Part shown: positions 36,902 to 45,604 of the stretch, piece by piece
Numbering within the stretch: position 1 is the stretch's first letter
Layout: each line of letters begins with the position of its first letter
Assembly: GCA_015064095.1 (NCBI GenBank)
Contig: SVSW01000001.1
Location: 64,709-128,708, forward strand
Origin: Oscillospiraceae bacterium
Lineage (GTDB): Bacteria; Bacillota; Clostridia; Oscillospirales; CAG-272
Direction of reading: 5' to 3'
Length of the DNA: 64,000 bases
Translations under genes and position numbers: made by a program
The notes under the pieces: generated by a model
Told to the model about the DNA's origin: nothing
The model's database searches: none
Seen by the model: the letters and a program-made list of their open reading frames with translations, nothing else

Positions 36902-37170
36902 AAAATCACTTCCTTCTTGAAAAATAAAAAACGCCTCACTGGGTCTTTGCCCATTGAGACGAAAAAATTTCCGCGGTACCACTCAAATTGCGCTATGCGC
37001 CACTTACGGATTCTGACAAATCCTGCGCCTCTAACGCTGCGCCTGCGTGCCGTCCTCATCGGACAACCGACTCCAAAGTGATGGCTTCTCGGTCTTTTGC
37101 CGCCGGCTCTCAGCCCCCCGGCTCTCTGTGCGCAAAATCAATCGAAAGCGTCTTTTTCATAGTCTTTAAT
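36902..37170 (-). promoter_or_regulatory. T-box riboswitch leader (probable Ile/AUC specifier) with intrinsic terminator
   Basis: Read on the minus strand, the leader contains, in order:
- K-turn AGAC-UAU-GA-AAAAG / CUUUG-GA-GUCGG
- AG bulge AGAGA and distal loop GGGGCUGAGAG
- F-box-like GCGUUA
- T-box core AAUUUGAGUGGUACCGCGG (36971-36989)
- terminator CGUCUCAaUGGG/CCCAgUGAGgCG-U6 (36925-36962). Confidence 0.8.
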
Positions 37171-37176
37171 GTGTGG

Positions 37177-37205
37177 ATTATACCACCGCCCGATATTTTT
37201 GTCAA
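37177..37205 (-). promoter_or_regulatory. sigma-A-type promoter for the second T-box leader
   Basis: The minus strand reads TTGACA (37200-37205), a 17-nt spacer, then TATAAT (37177-37182). Confidence 0.6.
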
Positions 37206-37356
37206 GTATTTTTAAGAAATTCAACATTTTGCACAAAATTCGCCCGCTGTATTTGTGACATTTTATCTAATAGAGGAAATTGCAAAAAACCCTTGAAAAA
37301 TGGCAGATTTAATGATATAATATAGAGTAATATTAGTTTCAAAAGGAGATAAAATC

Positions 37357-38862
37357 ATGGCAATTTATTGCAAAGAACCCTCCCGCACCTTCAGCGAGTA
37401 CCTTCTTATTCCCGGTTACTCGGACGAGAACTGCACCCCTGCAAACGTTTCGCTCCGCACGCCTCTTGTTAAATTCCGTCGCGGTGAGGAATCTTCGATT
37501 TGTCTTAACATACCTATGGTATCGGCTATCATGCAGTCGGTATCCGATGACAAAATGGCTATCGCTCTTGCAAAAGAGGGCGGCATGTCCTTTATTTTCG
37601 GCTCTCAAAGCATCGAGAATGAGGCTGCTATGGTCGCGCGCGTAAAAAATCACAAGGCAGGCTTTGTCGTAAGTGATTCCAATCTGCGCCCCGACCAAAC
37701 GCTCGCCGAGGTTCTCGATCTTTTTGAAAAAATGGGTCACTCCACCATGCCCGTCACCGATGACGGAACGGCAAACGGAAAGCTCCTCGGCGTTGTTACC
37801 GGACGTGATTACCGCGTTTCGCGCATGACGCCCGACACCGTCGTTTCCGAGTTTATGACGCCTGTTGAAAAGATGATCACAGCTCCCGAGGGCACAACGC
37901 TTAAAGTTGCAAACGATATAATTTGGGAGCACAAGCTCAACTCTCTGCCGATAATCGACAGCGAAGGCAAGCTTCTCTACCTTGTTTTCCGCAAGGACTA
38001 TTCTCAGCACAAGAGCAATCCCTTAGAGCTGCTCGACAGCCACAAGAGATATATGGTGGGCGCGGGTATCAACACCCGTGACTACGCAGAGCGTGTTCCC
38101 GCCCTTCTTGAAGCAGGTGCTGACGTGCTTTGCATCGATAGCTCCGAGGGCTATTCCTGCTGGCAAAAGAACACGATCGCTTGGATCCGCGAGCATTACG
38201 GAGATTCCGTTAAGGTAGGTGCCGGAAACGTTGTTGACCGCGACGGATTTATGTTCCTTGCAGAATGCGGTGCTGACTTTATAAAGGTCGGTATCGGCGG
38301 CGGATCTATCTGCATCACCCGCGAACAGAAGGGTATCGGACGCGGACAGGCTACCGCGCTTATCGAGGTCGCGGCGGCTCGCGACGAGTACTACGAGAAG
38401 ACCGGTGTTTACGTTCCGATCTGCTCTGACGGCGGTATCGTTCACGATTACCATATGACGCTTTCGCTTGCGATGGGCGCTGATTTCATGATGCTCGGCC
38501 GCTACTTTGCCCGCTTTGATGAAAGCCCCACAAACAAGCTCTTCGTAAACGGCACATACGTCAAGGAGTACTGGGGCGAGGGCTCGAACCGCGCTCGCAA
38601 CTGGCAGAGATATGACCTTGGCGGAAAATCCTCTCTTCAGTTTGAAGAGGGCGTTGACTCCTACGTCGTATATGCCGGCGCGCTCCACGAGGGCGTTGAA
38701 AAGAGCCTTTATAAGGTGCGCTCCACGATGTGCAACTGCGGCGTTCTGAATATCCCCGATCTTCAGAAAAACGCAAAGCTTACCCTCGTTTCGGCAACGA
38801 GTATCGTTGAGGGCGGCTACCATGACGTTATGCTCCGCAACACGAGCAACAACAACAGATAA
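37357..38862 (+). CDS. guaB: IMP dehydrogenase family protein with CBS pair
   Basis: The 501-aa ORF has the catalytic loop [12 protein letters not shown] and an inserted CBS region (VSDSNLRP...MPVTDDG...GVVTGRDY). The RBS is AAGGAG. Confidence 0.75.
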   Translation: MAIYCKEPSRTFSEYLLIPGYSDENCTPANVSLRTPLVKFRRGEESSICLNIPMVSAIMQSVSDDKMAIALAKEGGMSFIFGSQSIENEAAMVARVKNHKAGFVVSDSNLRPDQTLAEVLDLFEKMGHSTMPVTDDGTANGKLLGVVTGRDYRVSRMTPDTVVSEFMTPVEKMITAPEGTTLKVANDIIWEHKLNSLPIIDSEGKLLYLVFRKDYSQHKSNPLELLDSHKRYMVGAGINTRDYAERVPALLEAGADVLCIDSSEGYSCWQKNTIAWIREHYGDSVKVGAGNVVDRDGFMFLAECGADFIKVGIGGGSICITREQKGIGRGQATALIEVAAARDEYYEKTGVYVPICSDGGIVHDYHMTLSLAMGADFMMLGRYFARFDESPTNKLFVNGTYVKEYWGEGSNRARNWQRYDLGGKSSLQFEEGVDSYVVYAGALHEGVEKSLYKVRSTMCNCGVLNIPDLQKNAKLTLVSATSIVEGGYHDVMLRNTSNNNR

Positions 38863-38888
38863 AAGAATAAAGAGAGGAAAGCACAACC

Positions 38889-40556
38889 ATGATGAGCGAT
38901 ATTGAAATAGCCCAGTCGGTAAAGGGTCTGCCGATAAAGACGGTTGCAGATGCGGCCGGAATTGATGACAAATACCTTATTCAGTACGGAAACGATAAAG
39001 CCAAGGTTGAGCTTTCCCTGCTCACCGAAACCGAGAAAAAAGACGGGAAGCTGATCCTCGTGACCGCTATCACCCCCACGCCTGCCGGCGAGGGCAAAAC
39101 GACCACGACCATCGGACTTGCCGACGGACTCAAAAAAATAGGCAAAAACGTTGTCGTTGCACTTCGCGAGCCGTCGCTCGGACCCGTTTTCGGTGTCAAG
39201 GGCGGTGCTGCCGGAGGCGGATATGCTCAGGTCATTCCGATGGAAGATATCAATCTCCATTTCACCGGTGACTTTCACGCAATCGGCGCGGCAAACAATC
39301 TGCTTGCCGCTATGCTTGACAACCATATTTATCAAGGCAATAAGCTTAATATCGACCCGCGCCGCATCACTTGGCGCCGTTGCGTCGATATGAACGACCG
39401 CCAGCTCCGTTTCGTTACGGACGGTCTCGGCGGACGTGTCAACGGTGTGCCGCGAGAGGACGGATATGACATCACAGTCGCGTCCGAGATCATGGCGGTC
39501 CTCTGCCTTGCTTCGTCCATCACAGATCTTAAAGAAAGACTTTCAAGAATAATCGTCGGCTACACATACGACGAAAAGCCCGTGACCGCAGGCGATCTCA
39601 ACGCCGCCGGCGCTATGTGCGCGCTGCTTCGCGACGCGTTAAAACCTAACCTCGTTCAAACGCTTGAAGGTACCCCCGCATTCGTTCACGGCGGACCGTT
39701 TGCTAATATCGCTCACGGCTGCAACTCCGTTATTGCAACTAAAATGGCAATGAAGCTCGGTGATTATGCCGTTACCGAGGCCGGCTTCGGTGCTGATCTC
39801 GGCGCGGAGAAATTCCTTGATATCAAGTGCCGCATGGCAAACCTCAAACCGTCTGCTGTCGTTGTCGTTGCAACTATCCGCGCACTTAAAATGCACGGCG
39901 GCAGAGCCAAGACCGAGCTCGGCACAGAGGATCTTGACGCTCTTACACGCGGTCTTCCGAACCTTTTGAAGCACGTTTCCAACATAAAAGACGTATATAA
40001 GCTGCCATGTGTGGTCGCGGTCAACCGCTTCCCTACCGACACAGATGCCGAGATCGCGCTCGTTATCGAAAAATGCCGCGAGCTTGGTGTAAACGTCGCC
40101 CTTTCGACCGTTTGGGCGGACGGCGGCAACGGCGGTATCGAGCTGGCACGCGAGGTCGTACGGCTTTGCGAAATGCCAAACGATTTCACTTTCAGCTACG
40201 AAAGTGAGCTTTCAATCAAAGAAAAGATCGAAGCGATAGTCAAAAAGGTATACGGCGGTGCTGCCGTAAACATTCTGCCTGCCGCACAAAAGCAGATAGA
40301 CAAGCTCACAGAGCTCGGATTTGCGAACGCTCCTATATGTATGGCGAAAACTCAGTATTCTCTCTCCGATGACCCCTCAAAGCTCGGCGCGCCCGAAGGC
40401 TTTACGGTCACCGTGAGAAATATCAAAATAAGCGCCGGAGCCGGCTTCATCGTTGCCCTCACGGGTGACATTATGACGATGCCGGGTCTGCCGAAATCCC
40501 CTGCCGCCGAACGCATCGACGTTGACGAAAACGGCAAAATTTCGGGATTGTTCTGA
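38889..40556 (+). CDS. fhs: formate--tetrahydrofolate ligase
   Basis: The 555-aa ORF has [16 protein letters not shown] and [19 protein letters not shown]. Confidence 0.9.
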   Translation: MMSDIEIAQSVKGLPIKTVADAAGIDDKYLIQYGNDKAKVELSLLTETEKKDGKLILVTAITPTPAGEGKTTTTIGLADGLKKIGKNVVVALREPSLGPVFGVKGGAAGGGYAQVIPMEDINLHFTGDFHAIGAANNLLAAMLDNHIYQGNKLNIDPRRITWRRCVDMNDRQLRFVTDGLGGRVNGVPREDGYDITVASEIMAVLCLASSITDLKERLSRIIVGYTYDEKPVTAGDLNAAGAMCALLRDALKPNLVQTLEGTPAFVHGGPFANIAHGCNSVIATKMAMKLGDYAVTEAGFGADLGAEKFLDIKCRMANLKPSAVVVVATIRALKMHGGRAKTELGTEDLDALTRGLPNLLKHVSNIKDVYKLPCVVAVNRFPTDTDAEIALVIEKCRELGVNVALSTVWADGGNGGIELAREVVRLCEMPNDFTFSYESELSIKEKIEAIVKKVYGGAAVNILPAAQKQIDKLTELGFANAPICMAKTQYSLSDDPSKLGAPEGFTVTVRNIKISAGAGFIVALTGDIMTMPGLPKSPAAERIDVDENGKISGLF

Positions 40557-40652
40557 TAAACGAAAGAAGGTTTTGATCATGGGTCAAAACCTTCTTTACT
40601 TTCCGGTAAAAATGTGTTATCATTATAATAACGAAGGAAAGGCGGTCTCAAA

Positions 40653-41573
40653 ATGGAAAAATCAATCGGCAAAATTCTTTCTTCAAACGGAAAAGATGAA
40701 CTTACTTACTATATCTACGAACCGAAGAGTGCCCCGCGCGCAATTATCCAGATAAGCCACGGAATGTGCGAATACGTTGAGCGATATGAGGGGCACGCCG
40801 AGTATTTTTGCTCTCAGGGCTTCATTTTTGCAGGTCATGACCACCTCGGCCACAAAAATTCAGCCGCGAGCGATGATGAACTCGGTTACACCTGCTCCGC
40901 CGATGCTCTTATAGACGATCTTGCGAAAATGACCGATCTTTTGCGCGAAAAGTTCCCGAACCTGCCCGTTTTTGTGCTCGGTCACAGCATGGGCTCGTTC
41001 GTTCTTCGCGCTTATATTGAAAAATATCCGAAAAAGGCGAACGCCGCGATCATCAGCGGCACGGCAGGACCCGGCAGCCCTGCGGGGATCGCAAAAATAC
41101 TCGCAAAGCTGATAGGCAAAGCAAAGGGCGATCATTACAGAAGCCCTCTGCTCCGCTCTCTTTCAACGGGAAATTACTACAAGGCCTTCGGCAAGAATGC
41201 GCCGCGCGAGGCATGGCTCACACGCGACACCTCGGTCACGGAAAAGTATAAAAACGACAAATTCTGCAAATTTACATTTTCCGCAAACGGCTATTATAAT
41301 CTTTTTGACCTGCTCGGTCGCATTTCGCGCAACGCATGGGCAAAAACCGTCGATCCCGACCTGCCGATACTCTTGATAAGCGGCGATCAAGATCCCGTCG
41401 GCAATTTTGGCAAGGGTGTAAAAAAAGTCCATGCCCGCCTTGCCGACGCAGGCATTAAAGATCTCACGTTAAAGCTTTTTGCGGGCGCGCGCCACGAGCC
41501 GTTCAACGAGATCGAGCCGACACGCGCAGAGGCATACAAAACCGTTACCGATTGGATAAATGAAAGAATATGA
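40653..41573 (+). CDS. alpha/beta hydrolase (lysophospholipase/monoacylglycerol-lipase-like)
   Basis: The 306-aa ORF has the nucleophile elbow GHSMGS and an HG oxyanion motif (ISHGMCE). Confidence 0.7.
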   Translation: MEKSIGKILSSNGKDELTYYIYEPKSAPRAIIQISHGMCEYVERYEGHAEYFCSQGFIFAGHDHLGHKNSAASDDELGYTCSADALIDDLAKMTDLLREKFPNLPVFVLGHSMGSFVLRAYIEKYPKKANAAIISGTAGPGSPAGIAKILAKLIGKAKGDHYRSPLLRSLSTGNYYKAFGKNAPREAWLTRDTSVTEKYKNDKFCKFTFSANGYYNLFDLLGRISRNAWAKTVDPDLPILLISGDQDPVGNFGKGVKKVHARLADAGIKDLTLKLFAGARHEPFNEIEPTRAEAYKTVTDWINERI

Positions 41574-42016
41574 ATATTGAAAAAATAAAAAACACACAGG
41601 GTAAAATTCTCGGAGTTGATTTCGGCGACGTGCGCACCGGGCTTGCGGTGAGCGATCCTTCGCGTATGCTCGCGCTTTGCATTGAAACCGTCACTGCCGA
41701 GGGGATTGAAAATATCGCAGACAAGGTCGCATCTGTCGCTCTTGCCGAGCGAGTGGGTGCAATAATCGTCGGCTTGCCCGTCAATATGGACGGCTCGGAG
41801 GGTCACCGCGCCGAGCGAGCGCGCAGATTTGCCGCTTTGCTCGAAGAAAAGACGGGTATTCCGACCGAAACGGTAGACGAGCGAATGTCCACAATGCAGG
41901 CGGCGCGTTACCTGAACGCTACCGACACGCGCGGCAAAAAGCGCAAAAACGCGATCGATACGCTCTCCGCGCAAATAATCCTTCAATCCGCACTTGACCG
42001 ACTTAAAAACCAATAA
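41570..42016 (+). CDS. ruvX: putative pre-16S rRNA nuclease / Holliday-junction resolvase-like YqgF
   Basis: The 148-aa ORF reads ILGVDFGDVRTGLAVSD. Its start overlaps the upstream stop. The terminator ATCGGACG/CGTCCGAT lies at 42016-42046. Confidence 0.8.
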   Translation: MNIEKIKNTQGKILGVDFGDVRTGLAVSDPSRMLALCIETVTAEGIENIADKVASVALAERVGAIIVGLPVNMDGSEGHRAERARRFAALLEEKTGIPTETVDERMSTMQAARYLNATDTRGKKRKNAIDTLSAQIILQSALDRLKNQ

Positions 42017-42128
42017 AAATCGGACGAAAAACCGTCCGATTTTTATTATTTTTTTGTAAAGTTCATAGAATATTTATAATTATATGTTATCATAACTATA
42101 ACTGTAAATTTGAAAGGACAAGCCAAAA

Positions 42129-43178
42129 ATGATAAAAATTGATCATTTGGTCAAGAATTACGGCAAAAATCGCGCGGTTGACGATATCAGCTTTGAGATC
42201 GGACGTGGCGAGATCGTCGGTTTCCTCGGCAAAAACGGCGCGGGAAAATCCACGACGATGAATATTTTAACGGGTTATCTCTCCTCCACCCTCGGAACGG
42301 TCGAGATCGACGGCATAAACGTGCTTGATGACCCGAAAGCGGCAAAAAAGAAGATCGGATATCTCCCCGAGCAGCCGCCTCTCTATCTTGATATGACTGT
42401 TGAAGAATATCTCTCCTTCGGCTACGATTTGAAGGGCTGTGAGCTTAATAAAGCAAAGCATCTTGAGGAGATCTGCGAGGTCGTCGGTATTTCCGACGTA
42501 TACAGCCGCGTTATAAAAAATCTCTCAAAGGGCTATCGCCAGCGCGTCGGTATTGCTCAGGCGCTGATCGGCAATCCGCCCATCATCATCTTCGACGAGC
42601 CGACGGTCGGTCTTGACCCGAAGCAGGTCATAGAGGTGCGCAATCTCATTCGTACGCTCGGACGCGACCACACGGTCATTCTTTCAACCCATATACTCTC
42701 CGAGGTTCAGGCGGTCTGCGACCGTATCATAATAATAAACAAGGGCAAAATAGTTGCCGACGAAAAAACCGAAAATATTAACCGCGCCGTACAGAGCGGG
42801 CGCCGCTTTAACGTCAAGATCTGCGGACCTCAGCGCGAGGTGCTCGCAATGCTCCGCGAAAGGCCCGGCGTCGTTTATGCCGAAGCCCTTTCGGAGCGCG
42901 ACGGCGAGGCTTATTCCTACGCTGTTGAAAGCGCACCCGGAGTGGATATCCGCAAGGGTCTTTTCTTCGCACTTGCCGAGCGCGGCTGGGCAATGATCGG
43001 GCTTGAGGGCGCAGGAATGAATATCGAGGATATATTTATTTCCATTGTCGATCAGTCCGAAAAGAAAAAGAACAAATACGAAAAAAAGCGCACGCGAAAA
43101 AAAGCCGTTACCCGAAATTCGCGTGAGCTTGAGATCGCCGATGCGATCATAAAGAAAAACGAGGAGGATAAGCAATGA
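42129..43178 (+). CDS. ABC-2-type transporter ATP-binding protein with Lys-rich C-terminal tail
   Basis: The 349-aa ORF has Walker A GKNGAGKST, the signature LSKGYRQR and Walker B IIFDEPTVGLD. Confidence 0.8.
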   Translation: MIKIDHLVKNYGKNRAVDDISFEIGRGEIVGFLGKNGAGKSTTMNILTGYLSSTLGTVEIDGINVLDDPKAAKKKIGYLPEQPPLYLDMTVEEYLSFGYDLKGCELNKAKHLEEICEVVGISDVYSRVIKNLSKGYRQRVGIAQALIGNPPIIIFDEPTVGLDPKQVIEVRNLIRTLGRDHTVILSTHILSEVQAVCDRIIIINKGKIVADEKTENINRAVQSGRRFNVKICGPQREVLAMLRERPGVVYAEALSERDGEAYSYAVESAPGVDIRKGLFFALAERGWAMIGLEGAGMNIEDIFISIVDQSEKKKNKYEKKRTRKKAVTRNSRELEIADAIIKKNEEDKQ

Positions 43179-43945
43179 CAGCGATATATAAAAAAGAGCT
43201 TCGCTCTTACTTTATAAACCCGATCGGTTACGTGTTCGTCGGCGTTTTCCTCACCGTTGCGGCTCTGCTTTGCACGTATACGACGCTGAAATCGGCATCT
43301 TACAACACATCGGCTTATTTCTCGTTCCTTATAATGTCTTTTATCATTCTCATTCCCCTGCTTACGATGAAGCTATTTTCGGAGGAGAAAAAGCTGCGCA
43401 CGGAGCAGCTTATCCTGACCTCGCCCGTGAGCATCACCGCAACCGTGCTCGGCAAATTCTTTGCTGCGTTTACGGTGTTTGTCGGCTCTTTGCTCGTTTC
43501 GTGCGTGAATTTCATTCCGCTTTATGCGATCGCAATACGCGAGCGCGCGGGTCAGTCTTACAGCGCCTTGCACATAGGCCCCGTTACAAGCGAGATCATA
43601 GGCAGTCTTATCGGAATAATCCTTATTGGCGCTGCATTCATCGCTATCGGAATGTTTATTTCTTCGCTCACCGAGGATCAGCTCGCCGCCGCGATCGGAA
43701 CGATCGCCGTGATACTTTTCATGGTCATTATGGGCCTTGTCAACACGATGACCGATGCCTCAGGAAATCCGATAATTTCAAGCTATGCCGTTCGTTTCGT
43801 TATTGACTGGATCTCCGTTTTGAGCCGTTTTTACAATTTCGGCTACGGAATATTCGACTTCTCCGCCTTACTTTACTATTTCTCGCTTTGCGCCGTTTTC
43901 GTGTTCCTTACGGTTCGCGTTTACGACCGCCGCCGCTGGAACTGA
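43175..43945 (+). CDS. ABC-2 permease (GldF-like)
   Basis: The 256-aa protein has six predicted TM helices. Its ATG overlaps the upstream stop. Confidence 0.7.
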   Translation: MTAIYKKELRSYFINPIGYVFVGVFLTVAALLCTYTTLKSASYNTSAYFSFLIMSFIILIPLLTMKLFSEEKKLRTEQLILTSPVSITATVLGKFFAAFTVFVGSLLVSCVNFIPLYAIAIRERAGQSYSALHIGPVTSEIIGSLIGIILIGAAFIAIGMFISSLTEDQLAAAIGTIAVILFMVIMGLVNTMTDASGNPIISSYAVRFVIDWISVLSRFYNFGYGIFDFSALLYYFSLCAVFVFLTVRVYDRRRWN

Positions 43946-43960
43946 CGGGAGGTGCAAGAC

Positions 43961-45604
43961 ATGAAAAACACAAAAAAGCTTCGCTACGGCGGTGTTGCCG
44001 TTGCGCTGACAGCAATTATCATCGCCGTTATTGTTCTTTTTAACGTTATATTCACAGCACTTTCCTCAAAATATATGTGGTATATCGACATGACGGCAAA
44101 CCGCATATATTCTCTTACGGATCAGTGCCTTACGGTCGTTCGGGACGGCATTGCCGAGATAAACGCAAAGCGCGAGGCAGAAAATGAGAAGAACGGCCTT
44201 TCGCCCGACGACGAGGGCTATGCCGATCCTGCACGTGTCAATATTTATTTCTGCTCCGACCCCGACATTTTAATGGCGGACGAGGCTCAGCGCTATATAT
44301 ACGAGACCGTGCGCGAGCTTGCGGATAAATGCGATTTTATTAATATCGAATACCTCAACTGGCGCTATAATCCCTCAACCGTTGCAAAATACAGATCGGC
44401 AGGATCTTCCATCAATGCTTACTCGGTCATCGTCGATGCCGACAACTACTACACCGAGGGCAACAACTGGATAGCCTACTCACAGCCCAGATTTTTTGCG
44501 TCCGATACTTCGGGCAACACGATCGGTTACAACGGTGAGCGCGTGATCGCTTCGGCTATCCTTTCCGTCTGCTCCGCCGACACGCCCATAGCTTACGTTG
44601 CAACCAACCACAGCGAGGCGTTTTATGACGATTCCTTGCTCGACACCCTTTCTTATGCCGGATATAAGATCGTTAGCTGCGATATTTCCGACCGGGATTT
44701 CGAATTCTCCGATAACGGCAGACTTCTCGTGATATACAATCCGAGATCAGATGCGTCTGTCGAGGAAATTGCAAAGATCGATGAGTTCCTTGAAAGATCA
44801 AACTCAATGATGGTATTTATGGACCCGAATTCGCCCGTTTTGCCGAATCTTGAGGAATACCTTGAAACCTGGGGCATCGTTTTCGACCGCGTCAAGGAAG
44901 ACGGAAAAACTTACAGCACGATCGTCAACGACACGAGCAATTCCCTCTCCTCCGACGGCTATACCGTTAAGGGCGAATACGTCAAAACAAATGAAGGACT
45001 TGCTTCCGATATTTATAAGGGAATGATCGAAAACGGATATACTCCGAGCGTCATTTTCCCCGATGCTATGCCGATAAAGATCGCTGACTCCTTCTCGGAA
45101 AAGCGGTTCGAAAACGAGGAAAATCCGGAATATGACTACAATTACGGCTACGCCGAGCTTGACGGTGTCGAAAGATATGTTTACGATATGTTCACAGCAT
45201 ATGATTCGGCTACCGGTATCGTAAACGGCGCAGAGGTTGAAAAAACCTACGATTATAAGCTTATGACGATGTCCGTCAGGAAAAATACCCTCGGTGACAG
45301 CACGGGTCAAACAGATCCGAAGAACTCATATGTTCTTTGCGCAGGCTCAACCAAATTCGCAGCCGAGAAATACCTCGAATCTGCCGTTTACGGCAATTCA
45401 GACGTGCTTCTCAGCGCAACTGCCACCATCGGACGCGATATCATTCCCGCAGTCGGCGTGGATTTCAAATATTTCCAATCCTATGATATGTCCACTATCA
45501 CAGACGCAGAAGCAAACGAGTATACTCTTTGGCTTTCGGTCTTGCCGCCCGTCATCGTCTTCGCCGCCGGAGCTTTTGTGCTCATAAGGAGAAAATATTC
45601 ATGA
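43961..45604 (+). CDS. GldG-like ABC auxiliary component (N- and C-terminal TM anchors)
   Basis: ORF 43952..45604 is trimmed to MKNTKKLRYGG (ATG 43961), which has a GGGAGG RBS. It has terminal TM helices and a large extracytoplasmic domain, and sits in the typical position after a GldF-like permease. Confidence 0.6.
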   Translation: MKNTKKLRYGGVAVALTAIIIAVIVLFNVIFTALSSKYMWYIDMTANRIYSLTDQCLTVVRDGIAEINAKREAENEKNGLSPDDEGYADPARVNIYFCSDPDILMADEAQRYIYETVRELADKCDFINIEYLNWRYNPSTVAKYRSAGSSINAYSVIVDADNYYTEGNNWIAYSQPRFFASDTSGNTIGYNGERVIASAILSVCSADTPIAYVATNHSEAFYDDSLLDTLSYAGYKIVSCDISDRDFEFSDNGRLLVIYNPRSDASVEEIAKIDEFLERSNSMMVFMDPNSPVLPNLEEYLETWGIVFDRVKEDGKTYSTIVNDTSNSLSSDGYTVKGEYVKTNEGLASDIYKGMIENGYTPSVIFPDAMPIKIADSFSEKRFENEENPEYDYNYGYAELDGVERYVYDMFTAYDSATGIVNGAEVEKTYDYKLMTMSVRKNTLGDSTGQTDPKNSYVLCAGSTKFAAEKYLESAVYGNSDVLLSATATIGRDIIPAVGVDFKYFQSYDMSTITDAEANEYTLWLSVLPPVIVFAAGAFVLIRRKYS

